This document shows, piece after piece, positions 40,802 to 49,959 of a stretch of 64,000 nucleotides of DNA. The notes beneath the pieces were generated by a model, which saw only the letters and a list, made by a program, of their open reading frames with translations, was not told the DNA's origin and made no database searches. The stretch covers positions 2,452 through 66,451 of the forward strand of contig JASNYX010000001.1 in assembly GCA_048499955.1 (NCBI GenBank). Direction: 5' to 3'. This DNA comes from Patescibacteria group bacterium. GTDB taxonomy: Bacteria; Patescibacteriota; WWE3; 2-01-FULL-39-13. Position 1 is the stretch's first letter. The number at the start of each line of letters is the position of its first letter. The translations under genes were made by a program, and so were the position numbers.

Positions 40802-41344
40802 ATGCCGGGAAAAAACCTTAAACGACAGCTATTACCAAATGGAATTTACCATGCTTATAATCGAGGCTTCGAAAAGCGAGAAGTATTCAAGGATGGTGCG
40901 GATTATTTAAACTATACTGAGCTAGTTAGACAGGAAATCATAAAAAATCCGGGAAAAGTCATCATATACGCATATTGTTTGTTGCCGAATCATTTTCATT
41001 TCTTAATAAAGCAGAGTAGTAAATATGATATGCCAAGGTTTATGCAGGTTGTGACCGCCGAATATACCCGCTATTTCAATCACAGATACAAACGTTATGG
41101 CAGATTATGGGAAAATGCATACCGTGCGGTACTGATTAAAGATCACTATCAATTTGTTACGGTGCAAAACTACATTCATCGAAATCCATCAGATATCACT
41201 GAAAATATAGAAAAATATCCGTATTCAAGTTACGGACACTATAAACATAGATTTAAACTGGATTTCATTAAAAAGGGGAGACCCCTAAGACCTCTATCGC
41301 CATCTACCGAGCCCCTATCATTTCCGAACCTCGATATTGAATAA
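40802..41344 (+). mobile_element. tnpA: IS200/IS605-family HuH (Y1) transposase TnpA, possibly RAYT-like (180 aa)
   Basis: YHAYNRG start, HuH motif LLPNHFHFLI, catalytic Tyr context VQNYIHRNP; 3' end overlaps the convergent SpoIID-like gene by 27 nt. Confidence 0.7.
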
Positions 41345-43153
41345 CGCACTTTTTAGTTGAAGTGCTCCCGGGGCTCGAAGATTAAAGATTGCTCTGAAAT
41401 CTTCTCCTGAAAATTTCAGCTCGCCTTTATTTGTTGTGATTCTAACTTCAGATGTGAATCCGCTGCTGGAGTAGCTGACTTTTACATCGCTGACTTCTTT
41501 GATGCCGCTTTCTTCGCGAACTTTATCCATGCTCCAGGTTCCGTCGATGTTTTTGCCCCAACAGCTCTTGGCGTCTAGTTGTGAAAGATGTGTCTGGTTA
41601 TTACTACTTTCTTTGTAAAGAACTACCGCCCCAACAATATCTGCAAATTCTTTTTCGCTTAACCAAGGATGGCTTCTTGAGCACGATTGGCCGCTTCTGG
41701 TTTTATACCAACCTTTATAGAACCATGGCGAAGAAGCTTTGCTCTCGTATGCTTTGCTTGTCCAGCATTCCCGTGATCCGCATTCTGTATCCCAACCGCC
41801 TCCTGTGTTGTGCCCGTTACTTGAGTATCCATAGTTGTAGCCACCTGAAGTAGCGGCGTAATAAGTCGAAAAGATTTGTCCGGTTTTCTTGCTGACAAGC
41901 ACCTGTTTCTTAGTTTTTGAAACAGCATCGTGCCATCTGGCGGCACTCGAACTTGTGGCTTTACTTTCCGACCATACTTGGCAGTTTTCTGTTGTGCATA
42001 TTGTTCCCGGAATACTTGAGCTACCCATAGCCCATCCTTGTCGTGCCAATGCATAGGTTCGGGCTGCAACTGCTTGTGCTTTTAAGGCTTCAATCGGCCA
42101 ACTTGAGGGCATCTCTGCCATGCCTTTTAGGTATTTGCCTTCAAAACTCATAGTGCCTTTGTCGGTTTTGATATTATCGGGAACTTCAACTTCCTTGATT
42201 TCTACGTCGCCGTAGTATGCTCTGAGTATTTGTTTATAGTCTTGCCCGGCATCGGCTCGGCCCTTGGCTCCATACTGGCTCATACCTTTTCTATGAGGTG
42301 CTCCGAAAGAAAACCCTGCAAAGGCTTTTTTAAAGCCGGGGTTAAATCCGGCACCGGAACTTGCGTCTCCTGTTGAGGGCACATCTCCAACGCTAGTCGA
42401 GAAGGTTTCTGTTTTCTCATCAAGCAGACCTTTTTGTGCTGCAGACAGCTCACTTAATTTTCTTTGAATTTGTTGTTTCTCTTGCTGTAGTGCTAATTGC
42501 TTTTGTGATACCGAAGAAAGGTCATTTTGTGTCGCTGCAACTTGAGCAGCAAGTCTGGCGGAAAGAGCTTGAAGACTTTTTTTCTGTCCTTCTGCCTGAG
42601 TTTTAAGACCTTCTATTTCGGTTTTAGCATCTTCGTACCCTTTAATTTCTTTTCCTACCAGTTCGATTAGGTTATTGGAGGTATCTATAAAAGCAAAATA
42701 ATAGTTTGCGATCTGTGATCCTTCCGATAGACTTCCCCCTGTAAAAAAAAGATCCATAAAGTTTCTTTGAGTTGCAATGTACATGTCTCGAAGGACAATA
42801 TCTTTCACTTTACTTTTCTCATCAAGTTCATCTTTTTTGATCTCAAGCTTTCGGGATAGATTGGAAATATCAGCAGATAGCTCGTTTATTTGAGATTCAA
42901 CGGAGTTTATCTGGGATTGTGTGACAGTAAGGTTCTTTGAAAAGTTGTTCAAATTTGCGGTGATTTCATTCGCTTTTGCTTTTACTTTTTCTAATTCTGT
43001 CTCTTTTGTTACTAATTCTTTTGTCTTTTTTTGAATCTCTTTATCTAGATCATCTTCAGCACGAGAAAGGCCGACGCCCCAGAGCGATAGCAGCAATATT
43101 GAAAGCGTTATATAGAATATAATCCCTAAAGATCCCTTATATTGATATTTCAT
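41318..43153 (-). CDS. Secreted coiled-coil + SpoIID/LytB-domain protein (peptidoglycan remodelling)
   Basis: Signal/TM then ~250 aa of heptad coiled coil (PcsB-like), then the SpoIID/LytB signature WPIEALKAQAVAARTYAL and a Cys/Trp-rich C-terminus. Confidence 0.7.
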   Translation of the reverse strand: MKYQYKGSLGIIFYITLSILLLSLWGVGLSRAEDDLDKEIQKKTKELVTKETELEKVKAKANEITANLNNFSKNLTVTQSQINSVESQINELSADISNLSRKLEIKKDELDEKSKVKDIVLRDMYIATQRNFMDLFFTGGSLSEGSQIANYYFAFIDTSNNLIELVGKEIKGYEDAKTEIEGLKTQAEGQKKSLQALSARLAAQVAATQNDLSSVSQKQLALQQEKQQIQRKLSELSAAQKGLLDEKTETFSTSVGDVPSTGDASSGAGFNPGFKKAFAGFSFGAPHRKGMSQYGAKGRADAGQDYKQILRAYYGDVEIKEVEVPDNIKTDKGTMSFEGKYLKGMAEMPSSWPIEALKAQAVAARTYALARQGWAMGSSSIPGTICTTENCQVWSESKATSSSAARWHDAVSKTKKQVLVSKKTGQIFSTYYAATSGGYNYGYSSNGHNTGGGWDTECGSRECWTSKAYESKASSPWFYKGWYKTRSGQSCSRSHPWLSEKEFADIVGAVVLYKESSNNQTHLSQLDAKSCWGKNIDGTWSMDKVREESGIKEVSDVKVSYSSSGFTSEVRITTNKGELKFSGEDFRAIFNLRAPGALQLKSALFNIEVRK

Positions 43154-43380
43154 CGGCGTTCCGCCTGCCGTTTAACTGACTTCAGGAACCGGCAGGTGCT
43201 AGAATTCGTCCCTTACATTATAACCCATTCTACAAATTGCCTGTTGCATAGCAACTGTTGTGATTTTATACTTTCTAGTTTAGAATTTATGCAGGACAAG
43301 GAAAAAGTGGAGGTTTGGCCTTCACGCCGGCTGGAAAACACGGTTGGCAGTCATAAATTTATACATATTAAGGAGGTGCT

Positions 43381-43815
43381 ATGACAAAATTAACAAGAAT
43401 TAATACTTCTTTATTCACTAAAGCTGGTTATGTTGTGGTAGCGGCTCTGGCCTTTGTGACTAAAGCGTATGCCCAAGCTGTTCCTTCTGGATCAATAGTT
43501 GTTCCATCTAACAGATTTGGAAGCATCACTAATTTGCAGACACTGTTTCAATGGATCTTTAATTTCCTTCGATGGATAGGATGGGTTGGGGTAGTACTCG
43601 GTATTTTATGGATTATCGTTGTTTTGATATACAAGATATTCTTCGCCCCAGATAGCGAAGAAGCCATGAAGAATGTTCAAAGCCAGCTTACAAAAGCTGT
43701 CTTGGTTGTTATCGCCGGACTATTACTAGTGAGTATGGGATATATCGTCACGACAGTGTTCACACTGTTTGGTGCTGGAACCGTGCCTCCGTTAAATTTA
43801 GATCCGACTATTTAA
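43381..43815 (+). CDS. VirB2/TrbC-like T4SS pilin candidate (signal peptide + two TM helices)
   Basis: Leader ...AALAFVTKAYAQA; FNFLRWIGWVGVVLGILWIIVVLIY - loop - AVLVVIAGLLLVSMGYIVTTVF; SD-like aaggagg 6 nt upstream of the ATG. Confidence 0.6.
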   Translation: MTKLTRINTSLFTKAGYVVVAALAFVTKAYAQAVPSGSIVVPSNRFGSITNLQTLFQWIFNFLRWIGWVGVVLGILWIIVVLIYKIFFAPDSEEAMKNVQSQLTKAVLVVIAGLLLVSMGYIVTTVFTLFGAGTVPPLNLDPTI

Positions 43816-43842
43816 GGTTTTGTAACCGAATTTCAAGAGGGG

Positions 43843-44229
43843 GTGATTATTTACCCCCTCTTGACTCAATGTATGTTCATAACAAAGGCACTTGCGCAAA
43901 TAACTGTAGAAAGCGTGGGAGTTGATCCAACAGGATTAGGCAATATTAGTAGTATTGCCGGGTTTTTTTTCTGGGGGTTAAATTTCCTTAGGTGGATAGG
44001 ATGGGCGGGTGTCGTCTTGGGCACTTTATACACGATTGTCACGATAATATATAATCTTTGGACCGCAGAAGATGCGAGTTCCTCATATGAAATTGTAGTC
44101 AAAAGCATTAGGAAGACAATTGTTATCTCAGTTCTCGGTTTAGTTTTGGTCTCTATCGCTGGAGTGATTTCGATTATTGCAGGTCTATTCGGTGCGAGCG
44201 TGCCATTCAAACTCCCTTTTACTCCTTGA
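43843..44229 (+). CDS. VirB2/TrbC-like pilin paralog
   Basis: LNFLRWIGWAGVVLGTLYTIVTIIY - loop - TIVISVLGLVLVSIAGVISIIAGLF; tandem with the 43381 paralog (shared FLRWIGW.GVVLG motif). Confidence 0.6.
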   Translation: MIIYPLLTQCMFITKALAQITVESVGVDPTGLGNISSIAGFFFWGLNFLRWIGWAGVVLGTLYTIVTIIYNLWTAEDASSSYEIVVKSIRKTIVISVLGLVLVSIAGVISIIAGLFGASVPFKLPFTP

Positions 44230-44417
44230 TAGTCTTTCTCTTTCCGATTAACTTGTAAAATTTCCCTCAAAGTAATAAATTAGGCAGTTTTGGTTCAAAT
44301 AGTAGAAATATCCGGCGAATAGTAGATATATTAATGTGATCGCTAGTCCGGCTTGAGAAAATCTTGTCTTACCGAAGTTGAGGTGAAATTTCATATCAGC
44401 TAGAATGATATTATCTT

Positions 44418-45497
44418 ATGAATAAAATTGCTTCACTTTTTATTATCAGTTTTATTTTCTTTGTAGCAATTGGGTTTCTCTTCAGAAATACTTGGAAAAA
44501 CAGCTTCCTTACAACTAACAATCAACCTCAGGCAATCTATTTTATACGAGATGGCGATCTGTGGTATTTGAATAAAGATACCTCTAATATTAATCAGATT
44601 ACTGATTTGGGTGGCATAGAAGAGTATTGGGTCTTTGAATCCGGAGCCGTCGTAATAAAACGTATTAACTATGAGTCTCATCGCCTAGTAGCGGAGCTTC
44701 TTTATTCTCAAGACAGTTTAAAAACATTTGAAGTAGTTGTTAATAAAACCTTTGAATTCAGTAATCGACCTGATGACATTTACCCCCATTTTGAATTTAA
44801 AGTTTCTGTTGCACCGGATGGGAATAGTTTAGTATATGGTGGTGATTTCTCAGATAGCCTTCAACTTTATGATTTACAAAAAAAATCCACGATTGATTTA
44901 CAACACAAATCGATCTTCGAGTTTGCCTTATCTCGCGATGGAAAGCGTTTAGCTTTTATCAAAGATGCAAACATTGAAGTCCTCGATTTGCCTACGGGTG
45001 ATCAACTTGCGAAAACCGAATTCATTCGCGGGAATGTTTCATACGAAAGTTTTATGAATCCTCAAAAATTAGTCGGATGGACAGCAGATGGGTTATCAGT
45101 CATTTACTTGCATGGTAATTATGGCCAAGGTATGCCTGTAAGTAAGTCAGTTCAGCATTTATATGCGTTTGATATTCCAAACAACCTAGTGCATAAGTTA
45201 AGTAAATCGGAAGAGGGACTGATCGATAACCCCACAAGTGATCTATCTATGGGCGGTTATCTCTACTATGTAACTAGTAAGGCTAATTTTCAGAAAAGTG
45301 CTTGGAGATTGAACTTGGATAATTACGAAATCGTAGAGGTTCCGGACCTAATTAATATGCAAGTTGTATTGAACTCGGGGCAAGGTCTAATTTTTTCGAA
45401 GAGAGGATTTGAAAATAATAGCCATGAAATTTGGAAGTCTGATCTGTTAGGTAAGAATGCCCAGATATTGATTGAGAACGGTACAATTTCGAAGTGA
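44418..45497 (+). CDS. Membrane-anchored beta-propeller-like (TolB/PD40-like) hypothetical protein
   Basis: N-terminal TM (ASLFIISFIFFVAIGFLF) then WD-like repeats; same architecture as the 2007-3326 protein; its 3' end is duplicated (degenerately) 5 kb downstream. Confidence 0.65.
   Translation: MNKIASLFIISFIFFVAIGFLFRNTWKNSFLTTNNQPQAIYFIRDGDLWYLNKDTSNINQITDLGGIEEYWVFESGAVVIKRINYESHRLVAELLYSQDSLKTFEVVVNKTFEFSNRPDDIYPHFEFKVSVAPDGNSLVYGGDFSDSLQLYDLQKKSTIDLQHKSIFEFALSRDGKRLAFIKDANIEVLDLPTGDQLAKTEFIRGNVSYESFMNPQKLVGWTADGLSVIYLHGNYGQGMPVSKSVQHLYAFDIPNNLVHKLSKSEEGLIDNPTSDLSMGGYLYYVTSKANFQKSAWRLNLDNYEIVEVPDLINMQVVLNSGQGLIFSKRGFENNSHEIWKSDLLGKNAQILIENGTISK
45385..45460. repeat. Left copy of an imperfect direct repeat (att-like) inside the 3' end of the 44418-45497 gene
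   Basis: gtctaattttttcgaa ... tggaagtctgatctgttaggtaagaatgc matches 50415-50490 (16/16 and 28/29 nt, same 47-nt spacing); weaker colinear similarity extends about 60 nt upstream. Confidence 0.55.
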
Positions 45498-45507
45498 AAA
45501 CAAGGTA

Positions 45508-46764
45508 TTATCGTCTTTGTAATAAGCTTTTTATTGAAGATAAGTCAAAACCTTTTTTCCCGGATTCGAGTTTCTGAATTTTTTGTAGTAACGTTCTTGC
45601 ATTAGGACTCCCATGCTCGCTATTTGCCCATGCTGTCGAAACTTCCTTTAGTCGCCCCTGTATCGCTTCCATTAGGTCTTCTTCTTTGAAAGATCTGCTA
45701 AAAGCGAATTTTTGAGCTTCTTCTGCTAAATATTGTCTTCTGACTTCAGGATCATCGCTATATAGATTCCGAAGGTAGTTTCCTATCGTGTAATCTTGGT
45801 CGCCATCTTGCTGTGTTCCATCCCCCATTTCGCTTATACCTTCAGATAATAAATGTAAAACCATTAAATTTACCCTGAATGGTTTGCCGTCTTTTCCGAT
45901 TACCGTAAAATCGGGGTTTTTAAAGATTCTGCCGAAATGAAACCCGCTGTTCAGAAATGGAGAGGGAATCCCATTTAGTTTTGTTACTCTTGAGTCTACA
46001 TGTCTAGCTTGACAACCTCTAGCGCTGAGTCTGTACCAATTGCTGGGATCGCTTTCAGTCCAGTTCATAATATCTGCAAGATGGTTTGCAATGAACTCCT
46101 GCTCATCGCCATATATGTTTACCGGATTTGTAAAGTTGATTTTTTTGTATTCTGCCCATAGTTGTTTATAAACAGCATTTATTTGAACTAATCGTGGATT
46201 CTTTTCCCGACTACTTGATCCATAGAGATTCTCGAGGGGATAGTCAAGGTTAGCCGCACACGCTCTAAGAAAATTAACCTTATGTTCGATATGCATAGGA
46301 AGAGCATAGTTGGAAGAAATGAGCATGCTTAATACGTCTTTCCTAAACTCGTCTGATTCTATTCTTTCATCTCCATACATTTCGGGATTCGCTCGCTGGA
46401 ATTCTTTAATCATATCGAGTTCCTCCTGTGTTAGGAATTTTCTTTGTCCATAATTTACGCCGTTAATGGTTACATTTAAGAGTGGTTTTTCAACACTAGG
46501 AAACGGGTAGTTGTTAAATACAAACCCGGCATTAAGTAGTTGCTCTCTTGTCAAATTGCCTATAGAAATGTCTTCTGCTGAAACTCCGGTTTCCAGTAAT
46601 GTAACGAATTCAGGATCATCTTTGGTGATTTTTCCTGAAGGTATTACTTCTAGAGGGTCGTGAGGTGGTTGGCTTTCTTGTATGACAAGCATTTCATAAA
46701 TACTATCTAGTGGGTTTTCGTTTAAATCCTCTTCTTCTAAGGTTTGGGGCAGATGGGTTGCCAT
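45508..46764 (-). CDS. Hypothetical protein (418 aa), first gene inside the putative inserted segment
   Basis: Long intact ORF, no recognisable catalytic motif (no tyrosine or serine recombinase signatures). Confidence 0.6.
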   Translation of the reverse strand: MATHLPQTLEEEDLNENPLDSIYEMLVIQESQPPHDPLEVIPSGKITKDDPEFVTLLETGVSAEDISIGNLTREQLLNAGFVFNNYPFPSVEKPLLNVTINGVNYGQRKFLTQEELDMIKEFQRANPEMYGDERIESDEFRKDVLSMLISSNYALPMHIEHKVNFLRACAANLDYPLENLYGSSSREKNPRLVQINAVYKQLWAEYKKINFTNPVNIYGDEQEFIANHLADIMNWTESDPSNWYRLSARGCQARHVDSRVTKLNGIPSPFLNSGFHFGRIFKNPDFTVIGKDGKPFRVNLMVLHLLSEGISEMGDGTQQDGDQDYTIGNYLRNLYSDDPEVRRQYLAEEAQKFAFSRSFKEEDLMEAIQGRLKEVSTAWANSEHGSPNARTLLQKIQKLESGKKGFDLSSIKSLLQRR

Positions 46765-47019
46765 AATGTTTTGCTGCTAATTTAGCTGAGATTTAAAACA
46801 ATCAGCTTAATATAAGCATTTAAATTATAACTCAAGTTTGATCTAATTAATTGAATTTCGCCACAAGTAGCTGTACAGCAAATTTATTATGGAATATAAT
46901 AATTGCCTGTATAAATTCCTTCCCTTAGAACGGAAATACTCGTAATATAGAGGATTCGACCCACAGTTATGGCTCAAGAATAACGACCTTAGACCTAGTG
47001 GACGTAATTAATAAATTAT

Positions 47020-48393
47020 ATGACAAGCAACGAAATTAAACAGAGACTCAAAGAATATTTTTCCTCATGCTCTGATATGAATTTAGTGAGCGTTTGTTTG
47101 ACAGGCTCGTCTTTAACTAAGCCCCTCTCTGAAGTGGGTGATATAGACTTGGCGTTTATCCTAAAAATAATAGACCATGAAAGTTTGGTACAACTTAGTG
47201 AATACATTTCAGATTTAGAAAAGATTTTTAACAAAAAAATTGGATTTAGTGTACTTTCTGAGGATGAAATTACAAGGGCTAGAGATACCGGCTACTTCCT
47301 TATTGAGGGAAGAAGTGCGAACTATGCAGACGATTTTAAGAATTGTGAAAGCGTTTATGGAGCTTCACTAGGCATAGAAAATATTGAGTTCAATAGTGAC
47401 CCAATAAGTTCCTACTCGAGTTTGAATCGGGTTTTTCATAATCTTGTAAAAGCCATTGTTGTAAAGAATCATGATATAAAAACAATCGAGAAACTAATAA
47501 CAAAGGCTATAAAAATAGTAAATTATAAAACTTTTCAAGATGAGTCAGATTTAAAAAAGCATAGGATAACTAATCAGGATTTTACCAGTGTGAAAGATAT
47601 TTTTTCTAATAAGAAGCAAGGGCAACAATTAGATTCAAAGGAAATTTCCTCTATTTTAAATTTCGTGAACAACCTGAGGACCTATTTGGCAGAAGATATT
47701 ACTAAGCAAAGCATATTTTCCTATGGTATACGTCCTAATAACCTGCCTCCTGAAACAAAATTTATTTTTATTTCGGGTGTAAATCTTTCGGGAAAGTCGA
47801 CTGTTTCACGCAAACTTGCCGGAATCTTAAATTACAATCTTATTCACCTTGACAGCATAAAAGATTCATACAAATCCGTGTACGATTTCCTTGAAATGAA
47901 CACCGTTGATGCTCATCAGGTTATGCCGCACCTTGAGGATTTGAACTTATCCCATGACCGGAAATTGATTCTTAGCTACCAACAAATCAGCAATATTCTT
48001 ATGTACCACCTGAGGTTAATGCTTAAGCCTCTGGCTGTTAAAGGGAAAAGTTGCATTATCGAAGGTTTACATCTTGATCCAGTCGGGCTTAAGTATTTTA
48101 CTGATTATTTCGAAAGCCAAGGAGTGGAAGTTCAAAAATATTATTTATCTACGGATATTCATGATGCATATCAAAATCTTGAACAACTGAAAAAAGAAAA
48201 TGCACCACATAGAGATTTTAAGAAATTCGAATATAAAATTTCCAAGGACAATCCTAATAATGTTTGGCTCATCGATAAACATTTTAAGGAAAGTGCCGAT
48301 AAATATGGCTGGCAGATAATTAAAAACCCACACGGATATTTAGATCAAACTATTTTCGACATTTATTCAAAGATAATATCTTTCCCCCGATGA
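47020..48393 (+). CDS. Fusion protein: N-terminal Pol-beta-superfamily nucleotidyltransferase (NTase) plus C-terminal P-loop (CoaE/PNK-like) kinase domain
   Basis: NTase motif GSSLTKPLSEVGDIDL (GS-x10-DhD); Walker A FISGVNLSGKSTVSRKLA, then IIEGLHLD. Confidence 0.7.
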   Translation: MTSNEIKQRLKEYFSSCSDMNLVSVCLTGSSLTKPLSEVGDIDLAFILKIIDHESLVQLSEYISDLEKIFNKKIGFSVLSEDEITRARDTGYFLIEGRSANYADDFKNCESVYGASLGIENIEFNSDPISSYSSLNRVFHNLVKAIVVKNHDIKTIEKLITKAIKIVNYKTFQDESDLKKHRITNQDFTSVKDIFSNKKQGQQLDSKEISSILNFVNNLRTYLAEDITKQSIFSYGIRPNNLPPETKFIFISGVNLSGKSTVSRKLAGILNYNLIHLDSIKDSYKSVYDFLEMNTVDAHQVMPHLEDLNLSHDRKLILSYQQISNILMYHLRLMLKPLAVKGKSCIIEGLHLDPVGLKYFTDYFESQGVEVQKYYLSTDIHDAYQNLEQLKKENAPHRDFKKFEYKISKDNPNNVWLIDKHFKESADKYGWQIIKNPHGYLDQTIFDIYSKIISFPR

Positions 48394-49433
48394 TGAAATT
48401 AGAATCAATAGATCTGGGCAACTACAACTCTGAATTAATAGAACCACCGATTCCTATTAATCCCCTTAATCGCCATGAAACATATGTTTATAAATTAATT
48501 ACCACGAACGGTGTCTTTGCGTTATATGTTTCAAATCGATTACCAAAATTTCCCCATACTCAGGAGTATTTATCAGAAATAATAGAATCCAATTTCCCGA
48601 AAATAAAAACACCAACTTATATAAAGTCATTTAATGGAGATTTTTATATAGAAAAGATAGTGGATCAACAAACATATTATTTAAGTGTCAAAAAGTGGAT
48701 CGATGGAAATCCCTACACAAATAAGCTCAGCGAGTTGAAAAATTCGGCACAAGCTCTTGCTTCCATACATGGTGTCTCTGCAGATTATAGAATCGACAAA
48801 GATCTTTCATTAAAAAATAAAAGCGGATTAAATAAATCATTTTCACTTGGATCTGATATGCTCTTTATCGAGTATCTGGACCTTTTTTTATCAAAACATC
48901 GTAAATCTAATCGTGTATGTAGCTGGATAGAAAAAAATAAGAAAACTTTAATAAAAGAGTGGCAAGAGTGCATAAGTTTTTACAACGCAGACATATATTC
49001 GAAGCTCCCACGAGGTATACTTCATGGCGATTTTACTCCGCAAAATATTTTATTTGAAAATGATTTTGTTGTAGGAGTTCTTGATTTCAACTCCATCAAA
49101 TACGATGCGTACTTACGGGAAATCGTTTGGTCTGCTTTGACATTCTCGCAAAGTAAAAGTTCCTCGAGCACGTTGAGTTTTGAGAGATTCGCAACCTTTA
49201 TTAAGGAGTATGTTCGTATGGCAGAGAATTCGGATTCTTACTCCGATGATTATCTTGATTATTGTTATGAGGTTTCTATTTCCAGATGTTTGAAAGTTTT
49301 TAAGAATTTGATAAAGAAGGACGTAACCGACTCATGGTACTTGTCGGAATATCTTGAAGGAAATATGAGAAATATTGATTTTCTACTTACAGAACGAAGC
49401 CGGATTTCCTGTCGGAAGAATTATTCCAGATAA
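48390..49433 (+). CDS. Aminoglycoside phosphotransferase (APH)/choline-kinase-fold phosphotransferase
   Basis: Brenner motif ILHGDFTPQNILF and VVGVLDFNS (DxD metal-binding); 4-nt overlap with the upstream fusion gene (operon). Confidence 0.7.
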   Translation: MMKLESIDLGNYNSELIEPPIPINPLNRHETYVYKLITTNGVFALYVSNRLPKFPHTQEYLSEIIESNFPKIKTPTYIKSFNGDFYIEKIVDQQTYYLSVKKWIDGNPYTNKLSELKNSAQALASIHGVSADYRIDKDLSLKNKSGLNKSFSLGSDMLFIEYLDLFLSKHRKSNRVCSWIEKNKKTLIKEWQECISFYNADIYSKLPRGILHGDFTPQNILFENDFVVGVLDFNSIKYDAYLREIVWSALTFSQSKSSSSTLSFERFATFIKEYVRMAENSDSYSDDYLDYCYEVSISRCLKVFKNLIKKDVTDSWYLSEYLEGNMRNIDFLLTERSRISCRKNYSR

Positions 49434-49447
49434 GTAATATTGGTAAA

Positions 49448-49699
49448 GTGAAAATTATTGAAGTGGGGGATGACTCTTTAACAATAGATGTTATTGAGGA
49501 TCAGAGCTTTGATGGGGAATTTTATCCGAGAATCCCTGTCGATAGATTATTAATTAAAGATGAAATTTGCACTTCAGGGTTCCCGCTTGCAATGGATGTT
49601 GAGTATGATTATTGTTTTAACATTGAGAATCAGGGTGATATTATCGCTTTAAAATATATAATCCAAGGAAGAAGTACTTTTCCTAACCCTAATCGGTAA
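49448..49699 (+). CDS. Small hypothetical protein (83 aa), third gene of the NTase-kinase operon
   Basis: Starts 14 nt after the upstream stop; acidic; no motif. Confidence 0.4.
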   Translation: MKIIEVGDDSLTIDVIEDQSFDGEFYPRIPVDRLLIKDEICTSGFPLAMDVEYDYCFNIENQGDIIALKYIIQGRSTFPNPNR

Positions 49700-49959
49700 C
49701 TTTTTATTGAAGAAGATTATGATTTTAACAAAAAAAGACCTGTGAAGGGCTTTTATGGTGGGGAGTCTAGACGACCATTGGAATCAAATAGCTGAGTTCA
49801 GTTATGGGCCAGAGGATGTTTGTGAAATAGAAAAAATGTCCAATAGTGATCTGCTTTGTATATGAAGAGTCGATTTGACTCTAATACTTAGCTTTTCACT
49901 AGCAAGGACTTGGTTTTACCCAAGTGTTGGACAGACGTCCTTGCCTTTGTCGATACTAA

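Noticed and set aside
43142-43384. 80-aa plus-strand ORF in the pilin-gene leader
   Set aside because: It has a Cys/His-rich odd composition and spans a promoter/SD region (aaggagg directly before the 43381 ATG). It is likely non-coding
46940-46990. tRNA/tmRNA-like string gaggattcgacccacag upstream of the NTase-kinase operon
   Set aside because: It resembles a T-arm or tmRNA 5' motif, but no acceptor stem or complementary 3' partner could be found within 100 nt. It is probably a chance match in a promoter region
49756-49789. Possible remnant of the tmRNA 3' end (tggtgggg...ggaatcaaa) as the far attachment site of a tmRNA-integrated island
   Set aside because: Similarity to tggtggagatggggggaatcgaa is patchy (two short blocks with a 20-nt unrelated spacer). 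It is not strong enough without an alignment score
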